64,000 nt of DNA from Laetmonice hystrix. Taxonomy: Eukaryota. Under the pieces are notes generated by a model. That model was not told where the DNA came from. It worked only from the letters and a program-made list of their open reading frames with translations, and did not search any database. Position numbers and translations under genes: made by a program. Below, piece after piece: positions 51,191-61,680 of the stretch. Location: the NCBI GenBank assembly GCA_965235115.1, contig OZ249436.1, forward strand, positions 30,320,001-30,384,000, given 5' to 3'. Each line of letters starts with the position of its first letter. Within the stretch, counting starts at the first letter, position 1.

Positions 51191-52110
51191 GTCAAGTTTA
51201 AATGTTTATTCGTCTCTATGGTTCTTTTGTATATATGCATGTACTTGCTTCGTTCAAAGAGTTGACTTGGTGGTCTAACCTTTTCACCAAAATCTGAAAT
51301 GTTGGGAAAAGTTTCAGTATATACATGTATACTGTGATATGTTATACGGGAATTTTCGTTTTTGCTGTCGTGTTGTGTTTAGCATGAACACACAGGCGTA
51401 ACTTGGTATGAGTGCATCTGGAGATATATCTTTCTTTACATACCGGTGCATTTGAGCGTGATATTTGGTTCTTTTCTTTACAGTGTTATCCTGCAGAAGC
51501 TGCGTTGCCATTTGAATAGCTATACGCTTCACTGATGTATAGCGTCTGTTTTTGGCTCTATAATATATACTTATAGGTACATGTATTTTTAAGCTTGGTA
51601 TATTTGACCCGTTTCCCATGGTCCTACATAACGGTGCAGGTGCATGTGCTAGAGCCTACATGAAACGTATCCCAAATTTTCAAAACCTCGTTGTAAAAAA
51701 ACACGTCTACAAAAGGTTGATACGGTAGACTGCCTTGCCTTTTCTGTTAACGTTATAATGGTGTTTTCACTTTTTTTCTAAAAGGCCGTGAGGTGGGGAT
51801 GCAATTCAATATACTACACGTACACCCATACATGATGTCCCCTGGCCTGTGAACATTTTGTGTGCAACAAACATATAGTCCGCAATTACACCTAAAGAGT
51901 TGGCTTCCCACATGTTTTTTTTATGGTTAGGAAACAAATACGCAGTCAACGACAGGTATATCCAGCATCGCAGACATTAGCGGTAAAGTTATGAGCTTGT
52001 CTGAGGGTTGGGGGGGGGGGGGGTCATTGTGTTAGCAAAGTATTAACGTGATCGGCGGCCATTTATTGAGAAGTAAATCTCCAAGCCGTATATTGGCAGG
52101 GTATAGTCCG

Positions 52111-52178
52111 TTAGTTATAACCCGCCGCTCACATTAGTTATAACCCGCCGTTCACATTAGTTATCACCCGCCGTTCAC
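52111..52178. repeat. 23-bp tandem repeat, 3 copies
   Basis: TTAGTTAT(A/C)ACCCGCCG(C/T)TCACA x3. Confidence 0.9.
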
Positions 52179-52602
52179 GTTATATAGAGTGGCGTGCCGC
52201 GAGCTCCAGGAAACCAGTGAGTGATAATCGCTGACTGATTATGATTACACCATCTGTTATGAACGCTGCCAAGGGTTCATAAATCAAGGCACGCATATAC
52301 CGTCGGCTCTCAGACGAAGGGGCGAATCTTAATTTTTTTCAAATTCCAGTTAAAATCATTTTATATGTTATCTTGGTCTAAGCTTTCCATTTCCCAAATA
52401 TCAAAGAGTTCCTTCCATCGGATCCCTAATTAATTAACTAATTAAAATTTAATGAAGGGGCGAATTGTCCAGTTTTGGCCCTACTGCTGTCTGACGAACG
52501 GGCGAATACGTATTCGGCCGTTCGTCAGATAGCCCGTCATCGCCCAGCTGCTAGATACATTCTCTCACAAAGGGGCGAATGTGCATTTTCCAACACTATA
52601 GC

Positions 52603-52759
52603 CAGTGGCGGATCTAGGGTGCAGGGGACCCACCCCGCCCCCTTTTGAACCATTAAAAATAGGCCCAAATCTGGGACTTCACCACAGTGGCTATCATAAA
52701 GTCCAGCCTGCCCTGACCGCCCCCCCCCCCCCTTAGAGAAAATCCTGGATCCGCCCCTG
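52603..52759. mobile_element. CAG..CTG MITE nested in the Sola-like element
   Basis: CAGTGGCGGATCTAGG / CCTGGATCCGCCCCTG; flanks ATAGC / CTAGC (4/5). Confidence 0.8.
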
Positions 52760-52849
52760 CTAGCAGTCAAACTGGCCGCCTTTGGATGGTCAGATTGGGC
52801 ATGGCGAGCAGGAGGCTCTTATAAATCTGTTACAATGTATCAGACATGT

Positions 52850-54780
52850 AAGTCAGTCACTACTCCCCCAACCTCCATGTCAGTCAGTCACTACTCCCCC
52901 AACCTCCATGTCAGTCAGTCACTACTGCAACCTCCATGTCAGTCAGTCACTACTCCAACCTCCATGTCAGTCAGTCACTACTCCCCCAACCTCCATGTCA
53001 GTCAGTCACTACTCCCCCAACCTCCATGTCAGTCAGTCACTACTGCAACCTCCATGTCAGTCAGTCACTACTCCAACCTCCATGTCAGTCAGTCACTACT
53101 CCCCCAACCTCCATGTCAGTCAGTCACTACTCCCCCAACCTCCATGTCAGTCAGTCACTACTCCCCCAACCTCCATGTCAGTCAGTCACTACTCTAACCT
53201 CCATGTCAGTCAGTCACTACTCCAACCTCCATGTCAGTCAGTCACTACTCCCCCAACCTCCATGTCAGTCAGTCACTACTCCAACCTCCATGTCAGTCAG
53301 TCACTACTCCCCCAACCTCCATGTCAGTCAGTCACTACTCCCCCAACCTCCATGTCAGTCAGTCACTACTCCCCCAACCTCCATGTCAGTCAGTCACTAC
53401 TCCCCATGGAGGTTGGGGGAGTAGTGGCTGGCTTACATGGAGGTTGGAGTAGTGACTGACTGACATGGAGGTTGGAGTAGTGACTGACTGACATGGAGGT
53501 TGGGGGAGTAGTGACTGACTGACATGGAGGTTGGGGGAGTAGTGACTGACTGACATGGAGGTTGGGGGAGTAGTGACTGAATTACATGGAGGTTGGAGTA
53601 GTGACTGACTGACATGGAGGTTGGAGTAGTGACTGACTGACATGGAGGTTGGGGGAGTAGTGACTGGCTGACATGGAGGTTGGGGGAGTCGTGACTGACT
53701 GACATGGAGGTTGGGGGGGTAGTGACTGACTTACATGGAGGTTGGGGGAGTAGTGACTGAATTACATGGAGGTTGGAGTAGTGACTGACTGACATGGAGG
53801 TTGGGGGAGTAGTGACTGAATTACATGGAGGTTGGGGGAGTAGTGACTGAATTACATGGAGGTTGGAGTAGTGACTGACTGACATGGAGGTTGGAGTAGT
53901 GACTGACTGGCATGGAGGTTGGGGGAGTAGTGACTGAATTACATGGAGGTTGGAGTAGTGACTGACTGACATGGAGGTTGGAGTAGTGACTGACTGACAT
54001 GGAGGTTGGGGGAGTAGTGACTGACTGACATGGAGGTTGGGGGAGTAGTGACTGACTGACATGGAGGTTGGGGGAGTAGTGACTGACTGACATGGAGGTT
54101 GGAGTAGTGACTGACTGACATGGAGGTTGGGGGAGTAGTGACTGACTGACATGGAGGTTGGGGGAGTAGTGACTGACTGACATGGAGGTTGGAGTAGTGA
54201 CTGACTGACATGGAGGTTGGGGGAGTAGTGACTGACTGACATGGAGGTTGGGGGAGTAGTGACTGACTGACATGGAGGTTGGAGTAGTGACTGACTGACA
54301 TGGAGGTTGGGGGAGTAGTGACTGACTGACATGGAGGTTGGAGTAGTGACTGACTGACATGGAGGTTGGGGGAGTAGTGACTGACTTACATGGAGTCTCC
54401 TTCGTAATCCATGTAATTCAGTCACTACTCCCCCAACCTCGATGTAAGTCAGTCACTACTCCCCCAACCTCCATGTAAGTCAGATCACTACTCCCCCAAC
54501 CTCCATGTCAGTCAGATCACTACTCCCCCAACCTCCATGTCAGTCAGTCACTACTCTAACCTCCATGTCAGTCAGTCACTACTCCAACCTCCATGTAAGT
54601 CATGACCAGCCACTACTCCAACCTCCATGTAAGCCAGCCACTACTCCCCCAACCTCCATGCCAGTCAGTCACTACTCCAACCTCCATGTAAGCCAGCCAC
54701 TACTCCCCCAACCTCCATGCCAGTCAGTCACTACTCCCCCAACCTCCATGCCAGTCAGTCACTACTCCAACCTCCATGTA
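52850..54780. repeat. 27/31-bp minisatellite with two orientation switches
   Basis: Unit CCAACCTCCATGTCAGTCAGTCACTACT(CCC), in short and long forms differing in the C-run; forward 52850-53405, reverse 53406-54395, forward ~54408-54780. Confidence 0.97.
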
Positions 54781-54920
54781 AGAGCTTCACATGTGAAGGA
54801 AATAACGCACTATTTCTTTGAGCCCCACCATGGACAGAACGAAGGAGACGGTGTTCACAGCCGTGTAGAGAGGTCAATGGAGCGTGTTCCAGAAATAATG
54901 GTCCCATCGCAGCTGCCTTC
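54781..54920 (+). pseudogene. Transposase fragment, Sola-like
   Basis: RASHVKEITHYFFEPHHGQNEGDGVHSRVERSMERVPEIMVPSQL resembles the ITH.F.E.GH.QNEGDS.HS.IE motif around the last catalytic residue of Sola-type transposases as I recall it; lies inside TIRs with a 4-bp TSD. Confidence 0.7.
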
Positions 54921-54923
54921 CTA

Positions 54924-55269
54924 GGGCCTTCCTAGGGGGGTCCGGGGGCATGCCCCCCGGAAAATTTTGAAATTCAAGGTGTAATTTGTTGCAATCCACT
55001 GCATTTTGGAGCACAAAATAAGCTATTCAATGACCAATGTGACCAAGGGCAAAAGGGCCTCCTCAACTCCAACAGCAACTTTGGCTATAGCCTGAAATCC
55101 TGCCGAGCGTAGCGAGGAAATTTTTTTTTTAGGTGTTTTTTATTTTGCGACTGAAAGAAAAAACCTCTAAATTATAATGTTTGAACCCCCTAAAGTTAAA
55201 ATTTGTGTATCTGCAAAATTTCAGGGGGGGGGGTTCGAACCCCCTGAACCCCCCCTGGATCCGCCAGTG
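54924..55269. mobile_element. Left-truncated MITE abutting the transposase fragment
   Basis: Right end CCCCCCTGGATCCGCCAGTG; interior is the inverted homologue of 36165-36262. Confidence 0.7.
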
Positions 55270-55452
55270 GGTAAGAGTACACAGTCAGTAGTACAGTCGT
55301 AGTGAGTGGGTGCATTCGATGAGTGTCCGATGAAGCCAGTGACGGCGTAACGCGTGTGAAAATAGCGCATGACCCATACGGTATTTTAAAAAGTGGCCGA
55401 CTCATTTTACTGCATATCTCATTCACTAAAATCTTTCGGATGTTCTTGTTTA

Positions 55453-55695
55453 CAGGGGCAGATCGGGGGGGGCGTGGGCGCGGACGCCCCCTTTTCAAAG
55501 CTTTAAACTAAAAGTAGGCCTACATGTCCCTGTTGCTTGCTTTGGATAAAATATGCACCAAATTGCAGGAAAATGCAAAATTGCAAAAATTTTTGGGGAC
55601 ATGCCCCAGACCCCCAAATGCATACCTGCATTGATTGCTAGCTCACCACTCAGTGCCCCCCCCCCTTTCCCCAAAGAATCCTGGATCCGCCGCTG
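55453..55695. mobile_element. CAG..CTG MITE nested in the Sola-like element
   Basis: CAGGGGCAGATC / GATCCGCCGCTG; flanks GTTTA / TTTTA (4/5). Confidence 0.72.
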
Positions 55696-58600
55696 TTTTA
55701 CATTGATTTACACTGGAGGCAGAGGGCGAATATGCAATGACCCGCGTGGTCGTTATCCCACGAAAGGGCGAATGGCGGGCGAATGAGCAAAAATGCGAAA
55801 TACGTTATCTCACGAACAGGCGAATCGTACCATACCATGTTTAGAAGCGTCTAATTTGAAAAAGGTAGTACGATATATTTTTTTAAGGGCATAAACTAAC
55901 AGATATAGTCTCGTATTTAACTATTTAAAAAAAAATATCAAATTTTTAAAGAATATGTGGTGGTGATTAGCTAATTCAGTTGCACCAAATTTTCATATGC
56001 CGTTTTCTCAAATATACACTGCATGCATATTCGCCCCTTCGTCTGAGAGCCGACGATACATGCCAGCCTTTGTGTCACCGTATAATAAATACACAGTTAA
56101 CAATACCTATATCACGCTATAACTGAATGGCTGCATGAAGTCCGGACAGCACCACGTCCTGGTAGGGTCGGAGTGTTTTTTATTGGACGTTTTAAACAAA
56201 CAGTCCGTGTCGTATTTTGTATGTCTCAACGTCGTGGGGTATTTGACCAAGATCGGACAAACCGAGGGAGGAAACAGGAGAAACGCAATACGACATGAAC
56301 ATTTTCGGGTTACGGGAGTGTGCGCAAGTTGTATAGCTGTAGATCTAAGCAGTAATTATTTAGTCCCCTCGCCTCATGGCTGAGTGGACGTGCTAGAATC
56401 TCAATGACGGGGTTGTAGTGGCCGGGAATATAGACGTAACAAAGGCAGGGGGTAGACGTAACAAAGGCAGGTGGTATATATTGTATACGGCGTTGCCTTT
56501 GGAGATATTGTGCGTGTGTATTAGGAGAGTGGGGGGTTGGAATACGGGAGGGGTAGGGGTATGGAGGGGTACGGGAGGGGGGTATGGGAGAGGGGCGGGA
56601 GGGGAGGGGGAGATGGCGGTTGGAGAGGGGGGCATGCACGTGGGTGACGGGCCAATCCCGTGGGGTGGCCACGCCCCCATGTTCTCGTGGCCCATAGACT
56701 CGGCCCACAGCCGCACAACGGCCCAACCTGCACGACCCATACCGCTCGCACATTATAATAGGCACAGTGATGATCAACGCTCATTAAAAACACCAAGGCG
56801 ACACCTTATTTTGGTTGCCATGGAGTTGGAATCAACTAGTGTTGAGGGTGACCGGAAAGTTTGTATAAACTATGTGGGTTGCCGGTCGATACGAGGGACA
56901 TCCGCCTGAAACCTTAAGTACCGTAGCTATACATGGGAAAGCTGTTTCCCTTGGGGGCGGGGGGGGGGGCGAGTTGAAGGGAGTGTATGTCAAAAAATGG
57001 GGAGCTGTCAAGATATGCGCAAGCGCTGAAAAAAGCCCCCCCCCCCCCCCTCGCCCTTTAAAAACGCATCTGTACAGATACATCCTATTCAGGCAGAGTT
57101 CGATTTGAATTCCGTTGCGCTTTATGTGACCCATAATGCCATGGGGTGTTATACGAGCAGACGAAATTGACCAAACAACGACATCATTATACAGTTTGTA
57201 TATGTAATTGAACATTTATATGTCATATTAATATAAAATATTCTAACACGTTTAGTCATGTAGCCTAAATGTACTGCCAGAGTGTTTAACTGCAGTAATT
57301 TTAATGCATGGAACACAATATTCTGTCTGTTCTCCTATAGCGTTGGTTGATGCATGTCTTAGCAACGGTCTTAGCATCAGACAGAATCTTGGGGTATATG
57401 GGATAGACAAATACTATATAATGTTAAGATTTACGTGATCTCTGTTAGGTATAACATATAGTTTGATATAATGTTATAATGACCGTATACATCAGTGGGC
57501 GTCAATTTTCCCGGCACCATCAAATTAAGATGCATGGTTAAAGAGAGAACCCCATTATAACTCTGCTTATGAGCTTTTAACGCCTAAAACAAATCATAAG
57601 ATGGATAATATTATGAGGGATGAAACATATCTTAAAGAGGTTTTCCCTTTGGGAGCGGGAGAGTTCCAAAGATCAACAGAAAACATGTATTCTCTTCCTT
57701 GCTGTCTGACGAATCCATGGGGATCCACCGGTATGTAACTATAACTATTCATTCTCTGGTGCGATAATAATTATTATTAATAGGTTTGTACCCATATATA
57801 CGTCTACACTACAATGAATTACTGCCCATAAATAGATCATGCAGAGGATCATAATGAAATTAGCAAGTACATATATTTACATTTCCTATAATGCATAAAA
57901 AGTTATTGTTGGGGTATAAGTTTTTTCTTTTGACGAAAGGGACGAATTTATTTGATTCGGACCTACTTTCAGACGCAGGTGTACTTTAAAAACAGAGAGA
58001 GAAAAAAAGAGGAAAAATCACACTCTGAGTGGTTGGCCTACTTTAGAATCTTGAAAAACGATGCTTATAGCTCCGTCTATAAATGTGCTCTGCAGGACTT
58101 GCCGGCAATCAGAGCATGCATGTCAGCTCGAGCTGTCCATGGTATACAGGCACAGGGTGGTCGAGGCTGGCCTAGATCAGGTTCGACCTATTATAATACA
58201 CCTGACTAGCTACAAAGGTAACGTGAGGTCAGCGCACAAACTACCTGTGCTCGTCTTCAAAGGTCGGGGGAGCATTACATTTTACAGCACTTAATATTTC
58301 AGGTTTGGTTTGTCTTATAGCGTGTATAGGTGAGACGGGGGATCACGACAGATAATCGTGACCCTCCTTGGTTTTCTTCAAGTAATTAGTCTGAATGAAA
58401 TTGGACCGTGTTGGATGGAAATCGGTTGGATTCTTATTTCATATTTTTAATATTCTCTCCTTATCCCCACTTGAGCCAGTATTGCGGCTTGAGGTTAGGT
58501 GGTTTCTCATTCTGCTGCTTGCTGTATTAGCAACCTTGAATACGTCAACAGTATAGAGGCCTAACAGCCAATAGGATTTGACTGGACTCCACGATTACAC

Positions 58601-58848
58601 ATGTAGAAATAAATGAGAAACCATTGATCATCGGCAATCACGCCAAACATATATTTTTAGACATCTCCTTTGATGTCTGAAACGATAGACCATATCGATA
58701 CAATTACTGTTTTAAATATACCTAAAACACTCTTTTGATCTCTTGTAACAACGTTTGATGCATATTCGATGTAGAATTTAAATTTTGGCCAAATGTGCCT
58801 TGGTATTAGGCATATACACGTACTCATCTGCATACGAGATACGCATGC

Positions 58849-58880
58849 AGAGAGAGAGAGAGACAGAGAGACAGACACAT

Positions 58881-58928
<48 letters not shown>

Positions 58929-59005
58929 GGAGAGACAGAGAGACACACATGCAGAGGGAGAGAGAGAGAGACGATGAGACGGAGAGAGAGAGAGAGAGAG
59001 AGAGA
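58849..59005. repeat. (GA)n microsatellite, compound
   Basis: Direct reading. Confidence 0.95.
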
Positions 59006-59009
59006 ATGA

Positions 59010-59557
59010 GACTTTATCATGCATTTATTTTTGCTTGATTCTATCCATCAGAAATCTATAAATTTAATACAGTTCTTGTTTATGCTATAAACCTACTGTA
59101 TCGCTCAAAACACTTCTTTATTGTGCTGAACGGATGATTCGATTAATAGTTTTTTCTTTAAACTGTACTAAGATCATTAAAGAGGAAGGAAGGGTCATGT
59201 GCGTTTCATAAATAACAGGATGATGTAGATAGAGATAGAGGATATAGGAGAGAGAGAGAAAGAGAGAGAGAGAGAGTAGAGGAGATAGAGAGAGAGAGGA
59301 GAGAAAGACAGAAAGACAGAAAGAGACAGCGACCGAGGCAGAGACTGACTTTATCATGCGTTTTTTGCTTGATTCTTCATTAGAACTCTTGATTTAATAC
59401 AGCTCTTTGTTTATACTATAACCCTAACGACATCGTTCAAAAAACTTTTTTATCGGATGATTTGATTAATATTTTAAAAACTGTAGGCCTACTAAGATCA
59501 TTATAGAGCAGAGAAGTAGGGCCTACCAGGTGCGTTTGATAAATAACAGGAGGTGGA
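59010..59557. repeat. Diverged ~340-bp-period tandem duplication
   Basis: GACTTTATCATGC..TTTTTGCTTGATTCT..ATTTAATACAG..CGGATGATT(C/T)GATTAATA..AAACTGTA..CTAAGATCATTA..TAAATAACAGGA at 59010-59225 and 59348-59555, each preceded by a GA-rich tract. Confidence 0.85.
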
Positions 59558-59940
59558 TGCCTGTATAGTGTGAATTTTGTGCACGTATTTCTTACACGTC
59601 GAATGATGCAGGATAGAAATGTAGAAAAAAAAGAAGGAAATTTCATAGTGTAAAAAAAAACTCTATTGAAGTTTTTCAAATAAATTGAATGGTATGGCCG
59701 ATTTAGAGAGAAATTGGACAGGTGCGTGAGTTAGAGGTGCGGAGAGACACGTTACATAAAGATTACATGGTGCGGAGAGTGTGTCCGCGGGCCTGAACAG
59801 ATGGCGCGCCGGGCGGCCGGCTGGCCAGCTGCTGAGACTGGGCGGCCGGGTGGCTGAGCAGGCGACCGTTGGAAATACAATACACCTCTGTCTTGGCATG
59901 CCTTTCACCACGGGCCCACTGCATCAAACTGAGACCTTCT

Positions 59941-60299
59941 AGACTTAGGCCTACATCTGCAATCCTCATCAAGACTTAGGCCTACATCTGCAATCCTCAT
60001 CAAGACTTAGGCCTACATCTGCAATCCTCACCAAGACTTACAGGTCTACATCTGCAATCCTCAAGACTTAGGGCTACATCTGCAATCCTCATCAAGACTT
60101 AGGCCTACATCTGCAATCATCAAGACTTACAGGCCTACATCTGCAATCCTCATCAAGACTTATGGCCTACATCTGCAATCCTCATCAAGACTTATGGCCT
60201 ACATCTGCAATCCTCATCAAGACTTATGGCCTACATCTGCAATCCTCATCAAGACTTAGGCCTACATCTGCAATCCTCATCAAGACTTAGGCCTACATC
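59941..60299. repeat. ~31-bp minisatellite, ~11.5 copies
   Basis: Unit AGACTTAGGCCTACATCTGCAATCCTCATCA with small indel variants. Confidence 0.96.
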
Positions 60300-60305
60300 C
60301 CAATC

Positions 60306-60402
60306 CCCCTCCTCCTCCTCCTCCTCCTCCTCCTCCTCCTCCTCCTCCTCCTCCTCTCCCCCTTCCTCCTCCTCCTCCTCCTCCACCTCCTCCTCCTCCT
60401 CC
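60306..60402. repeat. (CCT)n microsatellite
   Basis: Direct reading. Confidence 0.95.
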
Positions 60403-61324
60403 TTCTGAATCATCCCGAGTGGGTGTTCAATATCGTTCCATAGAGATATACGCGGTAGCTTCCATGGAAGATATAAATGTGGGTGTCCAGAAAGAAATCG
60501 CCGTGTATGTTGGCGACATTGAATTCGAAGGACTCTAGTCCATAAAACGCCCTAAATCAGAAGCTGGGATTTATTGTATGGTATACTAAACGAACAGTTC
60601 CTGTAATACAGTATACTTTACTCGTTTGAAGGTACAGGCGATATCCTAGAAAATCCGTGATCCATGTTTACAAAGATTAGGCCTATAGTCCAAACATTAC
60701 ATCAGTGGGTGGGCGTGATTAATCTCACGTTTTGCACCAAGGGAGTTCAGTTAATATTGTTTTATACCAGCAGGTCAATTATGTAAGTTCGGACGAAAAC
60801 CGCAGCAGCAGAGATCTTCATTATACTTAAAGGGAATAGAAAAGTTCAAACTATCAATATATAAGGGTGTTCAGCATGAACAAGCTTGTTCTTACCTACA
60901 ATTCTGTGATTATCTTATCTCCTCGTGGCGAATATTTGGGAAAGTTGTCCTCGCCACATTGAATTTGACCTCGCCAATGCGAGCGTGGCGAAAGGCCTGC
61001 GCGAGCCTATGATTGTTTTTACCTATAGTTCCCTGTAATGTACTTAGCAACGGTGGCGGTAAAACTGAGACTGGAACAAATGTGCCCATTATGTTATAGG
61101 CTCCCAGGGCCTAAAGTAACGAGTTTTTACGCAACTATGTTCTCCTTTAAAGAGACATTGTCTATTTGTTTACTACTAGGCCTATTTGCTTGTTATCTGA
61201 TGTGACCATTTTCAAGATTATACCGAAACGGTGGAGATATTGAGAATTTTTTGGGTACACTCTACATTTGTACATATGTACTTAGTTTCCTTGGAGATGT
61301 TCAAATAGGCTTGGATGCGCAAAC

Positions 61325-61680
61325 GGTCGGTGGAACGTAGCAAACGTGATGGTCGGCGGAACGTAGCAAACGTGATGGTCGGTGGAACGTAGCAAACGTG
61401 ATGGTCGGCGGAACGTAGCAAACGTGATGGTCGGCGGAACGTAGCAAACGTGATGGTCGGCGGAACGTAGCAAACGTGATGGTCGGCGGAACGTAGCAAA
61501 CGTGATGGTCGGCGGAATGTAGCAAACGTGATGGTCGGCGGAACGTAGCCAACGTGATGGTCGGTGGAACGTAGCAAACGTGATGGTCGGCGGAACGTAG
61601 CAAACGTGATGGTCGGTGGAACGTAGCAAACGTGATGGTCGGCGGAACGTAGCAAACGTGATGGTCGGCGGAATGTAGCA
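61325..61680. repeat. 26-bp minisatellite, ~14 copies
   Basis: Unit GGTCGG(C/T)GGAACGTAGCAAACGTGAT. Confidence 0.97.

Larger units (their letters stand above)
52301..56055 (+). mobile_element. Defective Sola-like DNA transposon, 3755 bp
   Basis: Perfect 27-bp TIR CGTCGGCTCTCAGACGAAGGGGCGAAT (52301-27) / ATTCGCCCCTTCGTCTGAGAGCCGACG (56029-55); perfect 4-bp TSD ATAC (52297-300, 56056-59); repeated GGGCGAAT subterminal motifs near both ends; transposase remnant at 54781-54920. Confidence 0.85.

Noticed and set aside
52782..54425. Long Ser/Thr/Pro-rich mucin-like ORFs
   Set aside because: Read-through of the minisatellite in shifting frames on both strands.
56820..56910. Tudor-knot/chromo-like fragment (KVCINYVG..RYE)
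   Set aside because: Needs a frameshift, very short, and has no supporting context.
58145..58245. VVEAG..VRPIIIHLTSYKG as MADF or L1 ORF1 remnant
   Set aside because: Fits either family equally weakly; cannot be assigned by eye.
58560..58680. LINE RT fragment (IFLDIS-FD, resembling FLD.SKAFD)
   Set aside because: One partial motif with a deletion; too weak to call without a profile search.
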